A stretch of 64,000 bases of DNA from Lepidodermella squamata. Taxonomy: Eukaryota; Animalia; Gastrotricha. Made by a program: the position numbers and the translations under genes. The stretch covers positions 1,054,001-1,118,000 of the forward strand of contig JBLDXI010000019.1 in NCBI GenBank assembly GCA_047495785.1. The letters are read 5' to 3'. The notes below the pieces were generated by a model. That model searched no databases. It was not told where the DNA came from and saw nothing but the letters and a program-made list of their open reading frames with translations. Of the stretch, positions 24,474 through 38,112 are shown piece by piece. The stretch's first letter is position 1, and every line of letters starts with the position of its first letter.

Positions 24474-25348
24474 GTACATCGAAAGTCTAGGATAGAATAT
24501 GGTGGAGACACTTCATAAAATGGGGTACCGTTCGAAAACTGAGACTAAAACAAAGTAGACTACAACATCGGAAACACAAGTGGGATTCATTGGCTCATGA
24601 GAAGTTTTAGCGATGGCAACCAGTTACGATCAAATTTAGCAAACGCTTCATCACAGGATCTCATAGCTTCGTAGAGATCAGATTTAAAGCTGGTTAATCT
24701 GATCTCTACGAATAGCTGTTATCAACCAGCTTTCGAACGACACCCCACACATGGAGCCTCCACCCTCCGCACCCAACTATTATATTTACTTATGCTATGG
24801 CGAAGTAGTCTCAAAGATGGAATGGTAATCCAAAGTCTAAGCACCTATATGTCCCAATATTCCGAAGCTCGTCTGTAAGCTGAAATTTTCCATGATGCTT
24901 GTGCATTCACAGTGCATTCAAAGCTTTTGCCATGCCTCCAAAACTGTTGATAGGATAAATAGCAGGTCAAATGGCCAGAAAAAACGGGGGACATCACGTG
25001 ACTCCATTCACGACACATGAGTCAAAAAGTCAACTTTGTCATTTTATAACAATATTTGGCGAAGGAGATTGGAATAGAAGCGGATGCATAAGATGCAATA
25101 GAACAATCTAAACCGCAAGAAGATGATATTTTTTTCATAATCCATAATGATCAAGTAAAGTGCGCAATAAAAAATAAGCATGGATATTTACGCCGGATTT
25201 CCTTTGTTCAGAACTCGGTAAATACCGCTGCATAGGCTCATGTCGTGCTCATCAGATTTGTCCGATTAAGGTCAGGAAGCCAATGGAGACGTTAGGTTGC
25301 TCATCTCGCATTCAACCGATTTTCTTCCTGGAATAAACTACCTGAATT

Positions 25349-26761
25349 ATGAAGACTATTGCCCTTTGCGCAATCTTGTTCTTGGCTGGAGGTATTATTT
25401 CTATTCAACTAATTTGAGGTGCATTATACTCTGTTTTATTACAGCTAACGCCTTCCCACCCCATGGAGATCGCTCTGGCGGTCCCGGTCATCGCATGGGC
25501 TTCATGAATGAGATGGGGCATTGTAAGAGCAAATTTGACAACAAAATCGACACCTGCCTTGCTAACAGTGACGAAAAAGCCACCGTCGCCATCATCTTTG
25601 CATACAACTCCGATGTCACTAAAGACGTTCAGGAGCGCCTTGCAAACTGCAAGCCTCCAGCTGATCAACAGGACAAAGCTGCCGAGAAAGGCTGGCAACA
25701 GCGCGACAAGTTCTTACAGGTTTTGAAGGAAGGCCAGGCTTCAGGAATCAATACCATGTTCGGCTTGAAGAGGGCCCAACTCGCTGCTGAATTAGTCGAT
25801 TATATCTCTGAAGGCTTTATTGATAGACAGGTCTCTGTCGCTCTCGTCACTGAGAAGGACGGTTATTACTGCAACGGCGGCGACAAGTTAGACGCAGACT
25901 GGACCTCTAAGACTGAAGATCAAACTGAAGAGGCAAACAAAGCCAATAAGGAAAAGTTCCGCGCGCTGTTCGGTGATCGTTCTCGCGAAGAACGAAACAA
26001 CAGAACCCAAGGTTACGCGCGGTTTCGTCGTGACGTCAAGAAGCCTAGCAACATAACCAAGCCCGATGGCGATCATAAGTCTGGTAACTTCAGCAAGCCC
26101 GATGGCGATCACAAGTCTGGTCCTCCGAAGGCTGGTGCCCCTCCGAAGCTTGGTGCTCCTCCGAAAGCTGGTGCCCCTCCGAAAGCCGATGGCGCTTCGA
26201 TGCCAAAGCCACCTCCAGGCAAGCCTCCAGGCAAGCCTCCAGGCAAGCCCCCAGGCATGCCGCCAGGCCGCGACGACGAACATAGCAGCGAAGAGGGTCA
26301 TAGCGGAGAAGAGGGTCATCGAGGACCTAAGCCATTGAGGTCTAACATTGCTAATATCACCAAGTTTGGCCTGAGTGCCCAGGCTCTCGGTCAGGCTCTT
26401 CCTTCACGTGAGCTTTTTCCTGGAATTATAAATTAAAAAATCCATTTTCTGTTTTATAGCCTGCTCGAAGAATAAACCAAAGGCTGCTACTTGTACCATT
26501 TTAATCGCCGCAGGCGGTAAGTTCGACGGGAAGGCTGACATTACCATTGATGTTGATGGCCGTATCTCTGCTGAGAGTACCACCTATGATGGTAGCGTGC
26601 TCGTTGCCGAGCCCCCGCAGGCTATCCGCGCTTTGATGCCGATCGTCCGTCAGCGCCTGTGCGAGTGCCTTCGCGCAAAGGCCTCAACCAACAAATCTAA
26701 CGTTGCCCCGGCTGCCGCCAAGCAGGCTGCACCCCCAAAGAAGAATGATAAGAACAACTGA
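25349..26761 (+). CDS. Orphan secreted protein with RFRR site and Pro/Lys/Gly repeats
   Basis: MKTIALCAILFLAG|ANA signal peptide (intron 25392-25444), intron 26408-26459, last exon ends ...KKNDKNN*. AATAAA downstream. Confidence 0.75.
26058..26270 (+). repeat. Coding tandem repeats: KPDGDHKSG x2, PPK(A/L)GA x3-4, KPPG x4
   Basis: DNA units caagcccgatggcgatcayaagtctggt, cctccgaargctggtgcy and aagcctccaggc. Confidence 0.85.
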
Positions 26762-26994
26762 AATCAAGCAGGCTCTTCATCTTCCGTCTCTTATCTTCTA
26801 TGACTAGTGACTAGCTTGATGCTGAAAGACTGGTTTAAATCCCCGAACTTATCAACTTGATCATCAATCTTTTGAAATGGTTTTATTCACATTTAATTTG
26901 AATAAATACTGTTGACCAGTGAACCACATGACGATTATCACTTTAAAATCCAATAAAGACCTTCTAACCACGGCAAACGCCGCCGAGTCATCTC

Positions 26995-29649
26995 TCAACT
27001 CGTCTCGTCTTGTTCAGAAAGACTATCAAGCGCTGCAGTGAATTGCATGGCTTCCACGAGAGAATCCTTAAACAGTCGGAGAACCTGCTCGTAGTAGATT
27101 TTAGGGGCCTACAATGGTTATAATATAAGTCATCATAAATATTCATATATTAGAAAATTATTTACCGAAGCTTTCATCTGGGCTAGGCCATAGATTGATT
27201 TCCCATCTAACCGTGACAACTGAGGGTCAGAAATCAAATGCCCGAGACCTTCAGATTGCATCCATTTCTGGACTATTTGAGAGGACCAGGATCTTATCCT
27301 TACAAAATGTGCTGGCACTCCTCTTTGGTTTTTCTCAGTGCCAGACGAGAGGGTAAGATGCAGCAATTGTGACAGTTGACTGATTGCTTGAAGCGAAACA
27401 CTAGATGTATTTGAAGAAACTTCGAAATCTACTGATGTTTGAGTTTTCGACCGGGAAGTCAAGGCAGAAGCGCTGGAGACAGTACTTTTCCGATTGATTG
27501 CAGAATTACCAGAGACGACAGAAAACGCGCCTGAATCTGCAACATCACTTGACTGCTCGACTACTGCAGCTTTACTTGGGCAGAGGGAATCGATTTCACA
27601 TAGTACTTTCGGAAGCACAGCGTCGAATTGCATCTCCTCCATCGAGAAATCAACGTAAAGTTTCGAGCCAATGATAATTCCCAACCAACCAGTTGGCTGA
27701 TATCGGTATTGAAAGTTCAGCGGAACGAATGGTTTCCTTAAATTGAACACGTATTCAGCTTCCGCCCGGCAGTTATTCGATTGTTTATAAGCCTCGCTGT
27801 AACAAATCAGCACGCAACTCGCGTCTTCTACAGCCCTAGCCATCGCCTCAAGGGTAGAGCCATGCATTCTGTCTACGTCTATCCAAACGTTGTGGCCATT
27901 GGCGACAAGATAATCTTTTATACGCAAGACAAGCTCTTGATGTTTCCAACAATAACTGATGAAAATGTGGCCCTTCGAACGCTCGGCATCCTCCTCAACC
28001 GCCTCTTCGACGTCACTGCCATCCTCAGAATGATGAGCAGTTACAACAAGCGACGGATTAGCAACGGATGGTTTCCTTTTCGGCTTTAACGTGCAAGTCT
28101 GAAGCCCGACTCGGCCCATTTGGATGTATTCTAAAGCTCGGCGACTTTTATCGCGATTTTCTTCGTTCGTCGACGTCTCGGCAATTTTTTTCAACGCATC
28201 TATGCAGCCCTCGGTTTCTATAATTCTCTGACGAATCAGCTCACAGAAGGACAAAGCCCATATGCAATCGATTGCTCTTTGCTGTTCTAGGTCAATCCAG
28301 GAATTCGCCAATTTAACGAGAATTGGCAGGGCGCCGCTATCAACAATCTATTAAAGAGATATATAGCTTGAAAATATCGCGATTAAGAACCGTAATACCG
28401 CCTGCTTATTGTAATCGCAAACTGCCAAGTAGGTCAAACTCTCGACAAGCTCCTCTGTAGAAAATCCCATGTAAGTGCGAAAATGGCTATCCAAGGCCTT
28501 TTCCAAGCATTTAATCAACTTGGAAATCACCCCTGTATAAATTAAAATTATTTAAAAAAGTTGAATTAAAGTTGATGCATCGGATACCAAATTTGTCCAA
28601 GTAAGTTTGCGCTACGGCTGATTCGTCCAGAATGCAAGCTACAGAAGCCAGGGCGCTGATTTGAAGCTTCTCGTCTATCTCACCACCGAGGTAAAATTTC
28701 AGAGCGAACACGGCGCCGGCCTTGTCGAATTGCTCTTGTGATTCAGGCAACTTGGCAATATTGTGAATGATGCATAACGCGGTTTCAACCAAATGTTTCA
28801 TGTATTTTTCCGTCTGATATTATTTAACAAGGTAAAATAAATCATCCATTTGAAATTGGGACAAGGCATTATACCTTTGAAGATGGTGGGTGAAGGACAG
28901 AATTTTGGAATTTTTCATCAGCGACAATTCTCGTCAATTGTACGACGATGCCTTTATCCATTAGAATCTTTCAATCGAAACAGTTATTTTCATACGTTTT
29001 TGAGAATAAGAATTATTAAGCGGCCTTACATAACATGCTCTGGAGTTGCAATCGGTTATCGTTGTTAAAATGTTGTTTAGTATCAGGTTCGCTGGAGCGA
29101 CACTGTCGCAGCCATTAAATTCGATAGCTTCCACGAACAAATCTATCAAAAATTCCAATAAAAATCCAGTGGTTTTTACAATCTTTGGAAATTATTTTTA
29201 CCCAGCAAACCAGCGTCAATAAGTTGATCAACAATTTTTCGCCGAGACGGCGGGCAGATCATGTTGATCGAATCCTCGAAATTTATAACGTGCCTCAGTG
29301 ACTCAATCTCCAGTAGCTTTGAGATCTGATACTCGCGGACATTTCCATCGATTGGGGCTTCATCGGGGTCGACAGCAAGCCTAAGCTTTTCAATATAATC
29401 CAAAGTTTCAGCTGTATATTCCTCCTGTGATTTCTCTGGAGCGTTGTTTTCCGATGCTTCCTTAGAATCACCCTGCGGCGATTCAGATTGTTGAGATGAT
29501 TCCGATTCATAACCTGATTGGTTTTCATCCGTAAGTGGATCAGCATGCTCAACAGTAGAGCCTATCTCATCATTTGTTGCAGATATATCTCTCTCGCTGG
29601 TGTTCAATTCAGCGGAATTACTATCTTCTCGAAGATCCGTCGCAGACAT
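26995..29649 (-). CDS. ARM-TIR-SAM protein (copy 1)
   Basis: Acidic N-terminus, ARM-like helices, TIR (HIFISYCW..VWIDVDRMHGSTLEAMARAVE..SNNCRAEAEY), SAM-like WSSQIVQKWMQSEGL..LDGKSI. Last exon 27108-26995 reads APKIYY...ETS*. Confidence 0.85.
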
Positions 29650-30553
29650 TAAGCTGGAAAAACCAAAACTCAGAGTGAAAAAATGAGAACAAGTAAATTG
29701 TGAACCGTTTTTATCATTTTTATTGCCCAAAATATAGAAAGATAATAATTCCGCCCACTCGACTTTTGACTTGTTCTCGCCTTTTCTCGAAAACTTCTTT
29801 TCTGAAAAGATAAGCCCGAGTATAAGACGCACTTGAAGCTTTACTGTTCAGCTGCACCCAATCGCAAGTTTCGCGAAACATTCTTTTTATCCTCCGAATT
29901 AGGTCACGGAGGCAAAAATGATAGAAAACAGTGATTCATTCGCCTATCCCGAACGCTCGTCCAAGTGACATAGTTGAGATTGAGTTAATATTTACACGGG
30001 TTTTTTTTGTCTGAAATCATCCCTAGGATTCTAGTTCCGACACGTTCCAGGTCCCAGAAATAATCCGGATTCGGTATTTTTTAGCTTTATAATCCGAATT
30101 ATGTTGACAATAGGCTACGTATGGCCTCTAAAATAATGATAAAAATAATAAAGCTTTGCCATTTTGTCTTGATTAACTCATTGCACAATTTCATTGCTTG
30201 CAGGAATAGCTGAAAGATGAAAACAGGCAGTTGAAAGTAGAACTCAAATGCTAATCGACTTGGATGACATCAATATAATGGCTGGGGTTGTGGAGCGTGT
30301 TCCTATATTTGGCTGCCAATTGTTTAACGCCCGCTACCTTTTCGACCGGAACCATCGATTTATACCCGTTTTAACAGTTGAGGACATCCCGCAAATATTG
30401 CCTATAAACAAAGAGGAAAACTTCCTATTTTCTGATTGATTCAGTAATGTTTTCAGAGTAAATATTTTGAACAGTATCTTGTATCATTTTGGCAAATAAA
30501 ATCTTACTGATGCCCCAGTTTTCATATTAACTAAAAATTGATGAGAATTTTGA

Positions 30554-32335
30554 ATGTTGCTGGGATCCATTAGTGTCCTATTCGCCTTGATCAATGGCGC
30601 CAATGGTCGTTACGACCTCGGAGATTGCGCTGGCGTTGGTAAAATTAACCACCCCATGTTAATTCCCATGATGCTATACACATCGAATTCACAGGAATGT
30701 CAGAGCATGACGTTTTTTCCTACATACTGAAAAACTACTCCAAAGAAGTAAGGCCACGTGTCAGCTTTCGTGATCCCGTCACAGTTTCAATTCAATACGC
30801 ACTCAATCGCATAACTGATTTCGTACGACTACAACTTTTTGTGCCTCGTATTTTAGAATCTCCTTTATTTCAATTCCAGGCAGAAAATGACAATATTCTT
30901 ATTTTAACCGGCTACTTCGTACTGGTTTGAAATGCATAAATCTATCAAATTTTCGGCACACAGGTGTTGTTTTAATTAGTCTTGGAAGGATGAATATTTG
31001 TCGTGGCATACGTCATTTCCGCACAATTGTGTCACTGAACTGGCAGTTCATCCGAGTTTTGTCTGGCTGCCAGATTTGGTTATCTTGAACGATGCCGTAA
31101 ATCTTTAAAATAACATTGGTAACTGCCTCAATTCAAGTTTTGCAATATAGGGTACTCGCGACGCATTCCTAACCGTTGCGCATCAGCAATCTATTAGAGT
31201 CACATTGACTAGTAAAGGAGAGGCTTCTTACGACCCTTTCGGCTCTATGGCTGTCACTTGTGAAGTCGACCTACGATACTTCCCTTTCGACAAACAAGTA
31301 AATCTACTGTTACTTCAATCCGCCAACGCTTATTTTTTCTGATAAGATCTGCAATATTAGGGTGGAAAGTAGCAGCTATACGGAAAATCTGCAACATTTC
31401 GTATTGACTAGCGTTCCCTTCGTCCTAGTTGAAAAGCTGTGGGCAGAAAATATGCGCTGGAGAGTGGTTAACAACTTCACTTATTTGGAATCCGTTATCT
31501 ACCCAAGTTTCGAGGATCAGTCATTCTCAAACGTAACTCAAGCTTCAAAAAAATAATCAACTATTATTTTACGGTTTTTGAAATATTCAGGTAGTGTTTT
31601 CTTTGGTGCTGAAGAGGAAAACACTGTACTATTGGGTTACAATGATAGCCCCAAGTCTTACTATTGCACTAATGGAATTCGTCACATTCTCTATGCCGTT
31701 GGCTGATACTAACAAGTTCCTATTTTCCATAACGTGTCTCCTAGCTTATTCGGTTTTCGAGGTTTGTGACATCGGCTGTTTTGACGTCACCTTGGAATTT
31801 ATATTTTTTTCCGGTAGATGATGATCAATGATAGTATGCCGCGTAACTCGAGCGACCACGTTCCGTTATTGGCGATTTTCATCTCATTGCAGGTAAATCT
31901 AATTTTTAAAGAAGTGCTACCTTTACCTGATTTGTTTAGATGTTGTACATTGCTGTCATTCCTCTGATTGGAGAAGGTCTAGTTTTTGTCTTCATTTGTT
32001 ACGGTCGACATTCACAGGTAATCTATTGAAGTACATGCGCTTTTGAATATTATTTCTTTCTATTCCTATAGGATCCGCCATCTCTCTGCCTATTTAAGGT
32101 GGCTCAGTGTATAGGGCTATTAATAGGCCTGAAATTTAACAGTGACGTCATGCCAATGTGTTACGGTTCATACATTCCATCCATTGGATCGGCCAGTAAT
32201 ATCGCTGATTTTTCGAACGCGTTCAATTCAAAAAAGTGGCTCTTCATCGCCCGAGTTTTGGAACGATTCAACTTTTTCCTCTACGCCTTTTTAGTTTTCG
32301 CAACTCCTGTCATCATGTTTCTCGTGTACAATTAG
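30554..32335 (+). CDS. Cys-loop ligand-gated ion channel subunit (nAChR-like, non-alpha)
   Basis: Signal peptide, NYSKEVRP, VWLPDLVILN, Cys-loop CEVDLRYFPFDKQ|IC, LKRKTLYY, four TM segments. Nine introns reconstructed. No vicinal CC in loop C. Confidence 0.85.
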
Positions 32336-32577
32336 ATGAAAAACTTTGATTGCAATGTATTTATTTCATCGGTTGTAATGTTATGAGTAAATATCAAGTA
32401 ATTGTATAATATTGTATGAAAAACTGAATTGAGCGTTGCACTGGATTGAAGATTTTGATCAAATCGTAGATTCACCGGCTTTGAGTAAATATTAAGAAAT
32501 CGAATACAACCAAATGTCATGGCACGTAGGGAAAAAACATAACAAAAAATCATCAAGTCCATGCTACAAGCAAATAT

Positions 32578-35500
32578 TCAAACGTCAGGCGAATACTCTA
32601 TGTCGTCCTCCGGGTCAAAATTCTCGTCGGATTCGTCGCCGTCGTCTTCTTCGGTTGAAGGATACTCTTCAAGGGCGTCGGTTGGGTCCATTTCTTGTTC
32701 CTCATCGACGCTTTTTTCATCGTCATCATCTTCGACGTTCCAGCGAGTGGTATCGTCATCGTCGCTCAACCCCCCGATAGTTGCCTGAGACTCCGGAGCA
32801 TCAGGCGATAAAGGCTCGAATCCCTCGTGGTCGCTATCGTTGTCAACCGGTGCCTAGAAAAAAGTTTGCGTCGGTAAAATAGTCAAGGTGGAACTTTCAA
32901 TTTTAAACGAATTATTAGTGCGTCGAGTTCAAATTTCAGGTGGATTCCGTGAAAAGCTTGAGAAAAATACCACACCAACCTGTTTTCCAACATTGTCCGC
33001 TAATTGTCCCAGGTTAACCATACACGTTTCAAATATGGCCAAACATGGGGTAAAAATTAAAAAAATCTCAAAATTTACAATAAAATCAGTAATGGCCTGT
33101 AAAATGCTCAAATTTCGGAAGTTTTGAGCTAAACCTGGTTTTTAATCCCAAGTTACCCCAAGTTATCGTTAAAGTGAATTATAAATAAACTGAATAATTG
33201 AAGAATAAAACTGATTTTTCTCTCATACTGCAACGCAGTCCTTTTTCGTGCCTTTTTCGGACAGGGTAATGTCGGACACTCTTGGCTTTGAGCTTGAGTT
33301 ACTCCACAACCCTGGTAGATAGAAATATCGTTCGAAATGCAGGAGATAGCCCATAGTCTTGTCTTTCAAATGACACCTGAAACATGAGAAACCTATTTTT
33401 TTACGTAGAATGGTTGCACTTCTTCGCAGGTGAGCGCCGAGGTAAAAAATTGCTAACTTTTTCAAATGGCAGTATTTTTTGCCGGATAGAAGCGCAAAAG
33501 AAAGAGGGCGTCGAATTCAGTTAGGCTGGCATGTTTGGAACAAATTTAAACCAGGCATTTTGCCTGAAATTCCGCCAGAAAACCGATATCCCTCGGCTTA
33601 TTTCGGACAGCCTCCAACTACAGAGAATTCAATCGACCTTGACAGTTTTTAAACTTTAATATTTTAGTGAGAATAGCACTGAACTGCGTTGAGAGCACCA
33701 ATTCGCTATCGGGGGTTCAAATCCCTCAACATGCAATTTCTTTTTTTCTTTTTAAATCTGCTCACAAATTTTATCTCGCTTTGATGTGAACTTCGGCCCT
33801 AATATAAATATTCACACTGAGATGTCCGAAATTACCCCAGTTCTGTCCGAAATTAGCCGAGTCAGTTACCCGTGAATACCTATGCAGAAGAAGGTATAGT
33901 TTTACCGTGATAAACACTAGGATATGCAGTTTTTTAAGGTGCATCTTTCGGCGCAAAGTACGTCAAAAAATGCATTCATCTCACAAAATTAAGCCCGAAA
34001 AACAGGTTTTTGTCCGAAATAAGACCACGTTACAGTCTGTTCGTATGTTCACTCATGCTCTGAAAATTTCATATTTTAAATGTATTACCTCATCTACAAT
34101 GGCCCTGCGTCGCGAGCGCGTGACCGGCGAGTTGACCTGCATATTCCCGAGCGCAACTTTCAGCGGCGTAATTCTGCTGCTCGATTCACTCTTGCGCCGT
34201 TTAGCCGGGGAAGCGCGGGCCGGTTGTTCTTCAGGTTCCAACTCAGCATTATTCTGCTCTTCCTCGATTTCTTCTTCCACTTCTGTCTCCTCCAGATCAT
34301 GCACCTTTTTACGGCTCGGGCGAACTACGGTTGATGTCAGAGCTGGGGTCGACCAGTTTGACGCCGAGGCCAAGCTGCGACGAGATGAACCCGATCGGGT
34401 GCTTCTCATCGTCGGCTTTCGCTTTTTAGCCGTACTACCTTCCTCTTCGAAATCTGGCTGGCGTTGCGGTCCTATCGGCGAAGCGCTGGACAACATACTC
34501 GGCGAAGATGGAATATCGGAAAAACTGATCGGCTTTTCAACGTCATCCTTTGGATTCAACCCATCGTCGTAAAGCTTCATCGCCGAAAACGCGTGATCAT
34601 TCGTTATTTTGAAGGGTTGAATCGATTTCTTCGCCGTATCAAACGTTTTCTTCATCAATTTTCGGTCAACCATCAACAACTTGGGAGTGAAGTAGCGCAA
34701 CAAATCGAAATACGGCATGTCAGGCAGTTCGTTGCCGTCGTTCTTGCTACCGAAAGCGAACTCGATGCCGCATTTGTGAACGGTTTTCACGCAATCTCGG
34801 ACCTTTTTAACGTCCACCCCGAATGACTGGGCCAGGGATAGAGCCAACTTTCGGGCTGGGACCAATTCAGGAGCATCACTCGAGTAGGGTTCGTTTCGCA
34901 AATCTCGCATACAACTCAAATAAACGCCAGCCAAGCCGTTGTGGATCGCTTTTCCAGCCTCTTCCGGTTCAAGGGTGCGGCATTTAGCCAGCGTCTCTTT
35001 GAACAAATCGCCGAAATCAGCCTGACATCGGTAGTAGTGGCGAATAACAGGCGTCAGCGAGCGAATTTCGAGTTGTTTCAGAAACAAAAGGCGCATAAAA
35101 CACGCGAAATTGAATCGATGTTTTTCCAGGGCAGAGTACTGACCGTGATTAGACACCTGGCTGCTGCTGCCCTGTGACAAACTTGAAGGCGATTCAGTCA
35201 CAGATGCAGAATCGCTATCTTTCGAATTCCACTTTTTCAACATATCGCTGATGAATCGCACAATCACGTCCTGGACTCGAGCGTTTGGTCGGTAGATTAG
35301 ATTTTCCATCATGAGTTTACCCTCGGGAATGATCGGCGAGAAAAGAGTCAGCAGGTCGCAGAGACATTTGAAGACAGATTCGAAAGCTGCTTTGTAGTCG
35401 TCAGTATCGAGAATCATAGCCAGCGAATCGATGATTTTCTCGCGGAAAACTTCAAGATTTTCAGCCGACTCTTGAGAATTTGAAATGTGGTTGAACGTGA

Positions 35501-38112
35501 GCCAAACAATTGAACCATATCCGCACCTGATTTCGACTTGAAATTTTAAAAATGTTGGATGAATTAGACTGAGATTTTACCTAGCAGCTGCTTCGATTAG
35601 ATCTGGCATTTCGGGCGTCAAGCGCCGCTCGGCTGCAGCTTTCAAAATTAGAGCCGCTAAACGGTAGAGTCGAAGCTTTGAAAGATCGTTGAAACAACCG
35701 AGTGCCGCTAATTTTTTCATGCAACTCGAAAGTAGCGGGTATAGATCACGATTGGTTTCGTCATAAGCCCATTCGCTATCGACGATCTCGCGAGCCGCGA
35801 CTGAGGCTGACTGCGAAATGGACAAAACCAAGTTTTGAATCACAGAAGAACAGCGAATGGACAAGGTATCATTCGATTTATGCAAAGCCTGTTGGAATAA
35901 AAATATGAAGAATTCGAGAAAAATGTCTCTTAATCTTACAGCAAAAGCTTGAGATGCGGGAAGCAAGGCTTTGTCAGCATGTCGTTGAACAATGTCAGTC
36001 AAAATTCGCAATGTATCGTTGAAAATGACTTCGAGTCGATTGCTGGTGTAGACTGAATTGTCGAAATACTGGGCAAGTCTCAAAATATGTTCCAAATGGT
36101 CGGCCTCGGCTACGTAACGTTCGAGTAGCGAAGGGTAGATCGGAATCAAAATTTCACTCAATTTTCTGCGCTCCGCTTGCATTTTCGAATCGCAATCGGG
36201 TTTGCACGAATTTTCGCGGCGATTCGCGGCTGGTCGGCCCGTTACAGCTCGTTCAGCCGAGCAGGCCAACAACTCGGCGACAGCCAGAGATGTGGAACTC
36301 GTCGAACTTGCCGAAGAACCCAATAGCACGAGGTCATTTTCATCATTATCATCAAGGTCACTCGACCCAAGCAGAAGATGTACGAAAGCCGCCCAATCGC
36401 AAAGCATTGGCGAGGTTTCCCACAGGCTTTCGACAACATAATCAACTTCGCCAAGCCATTGGTTCGAGACAATCAGTCTGCCTAGAATTCGCAGACATTT
36501 CGAGTTTGCTTTCGTCGACGGACTTTTTTCATTATTTCTCTTCGGCTTCGACGTATTTTTAGCTCGGGATGTTTTCTTTCTGCCAGCCGGTGATGAGGCG
36601 GGGGACGAATCAGCTAAACTCAACCTCGATAAGTCCAGCTCCACATTTTCAGGGTCCGTCGAAGTTGAAAAGTAACAAGCGTGCATAAACTTTCCAGCTT
36701 CGATTGCGACTGAAACGGAATTAGAAAGAACAAGACCGAAAACCACAGATTTATCCTCGTTTTTCAGAAACTCAGGGTAGAGCTTCAGGAATTTTGTCAA
36801 AATCCTCGTGCAATAGACACGAACTTCGCCCTCAGACCATCCGCTCAGCAAACGTATCAGGTGCGGCTTCGCTCTACAAAAAAATTCATTCAGATTCGCA
36901 AATTGAAACAAATAGTCAATACTTCTCTGTAAAAAGCTGAAGCTTGTGTTTGAAATCTTCGTTTTCGTACAATGTATCCATGAGTTTGAGAGCAGCCAAT
37001 CTCACCACGAAAGTTGTCTCGTAAATGAAAGCGTACAAGACGTATTTCAGATTCGAATCGATCAGATATTTTTGAGGATACTTTATCATGCATGCACCAA
37101 TCTAAAAATGACGACTTTTGCGAATAAAATATCACAGCAATAAAATAATTACGTTCTCAATACAGAGCAATCGAATTTCCTGACATGTATCGGTCAAACG
37201 ATGAGCGATAACAATTCGGAAAATGGTATCGACAAAATCATTCAACTGATCGATTTGACGTCGCAACTGTAAAATCGTACTTTGGAAAATGTATTTAGCG
37301 AATAAAAAACCGCAAACCTGTCCAGATTTAGTCTTCAAAGCCTTGTAGCGATCCGATTTAGGGCCAGCACGTGCTTTTTCGGCGTCCAAAGATCGTTCCA
37401 AGCTTTCCAGCGTATCATGAAATAGAGGAGCGAGTGTCACAGTGGCAGTCATAAATTTTAATGCTGAAAATTTTGGATTAATTCAGCGATCAACTTGATC
37501 CACTAGAACTTTACCTGCAAAGACTCCAGTATGTCGAAGAGCGCGCACATTTGAACTTGCCAAGCATCCGAAAAAGCAAGCTAAATCTTCCAGCAACACG
37601 TTGTCAAACAAAATGGAATACTTGCTCTTGTCGACAAGTTTCTCCAGGAACACAACAAGGCTGAGCTTCAACTTTTTAGACTGGGCATCGCGCTTAGCTA
37701 ATGGATAAGGGCCTTGAGGAGCATGTTCTGCAACAGCACCAATCAGATCTGCCAATTCGCTATCCCACACATCGTCCGCTATTTCAACCGCACAGCCACT
37801 CGCATCAAACAACATAACTTTCAACTGACGAAGGGCAGAAGTATAGTCTTCTTGATATTGACTTATCCAGTCGTCAACAATTTTGCTGATATTAGACTTG
37901 GGCGCAGTCAACTGATTCAGCAACGACAACACAACGTTGTCGTTTTCATCATCAGCGCCGCAAATGCTCGCACTTGCAATCTGGGCACCAGACCCCAGTG
38001 TTGAGTTGTCATCTGATACTGGTTCAGAGCCCACTTCCATCAAATCATCTCGCTCAGCCTCTTCCAACGCATCCTGCAGCTGCTTGACGGCTGAACCTCT
38101 GGTCCTGCTCAT
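32578..38112 (-). CDS. Cohesin subunit SA/stromalin (STAG/Scc3), divergent
   Basis: VRALRHTG, HRLTDTCQEIRLLCIE, DWCMHDK, YFDNSVYTSNRLE. An acidic last exon (32853-32578) follows a 1.2-kb intron (34088-32854). Confidence 0.8.
33227..34036. mobile_element. Probable non-autonomous TIR element (MITE-like) in the last STAG intron
   Basis: actgcaacgcagtcctttttcg versus reverse complement of right end actgtaacgtggtcttatttcg (17/22 identical). Internal ttcggaca/tgtccgaa motifs at about 33256, 33602, 33823, 33844 and 34011. Confidence 0.5.
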
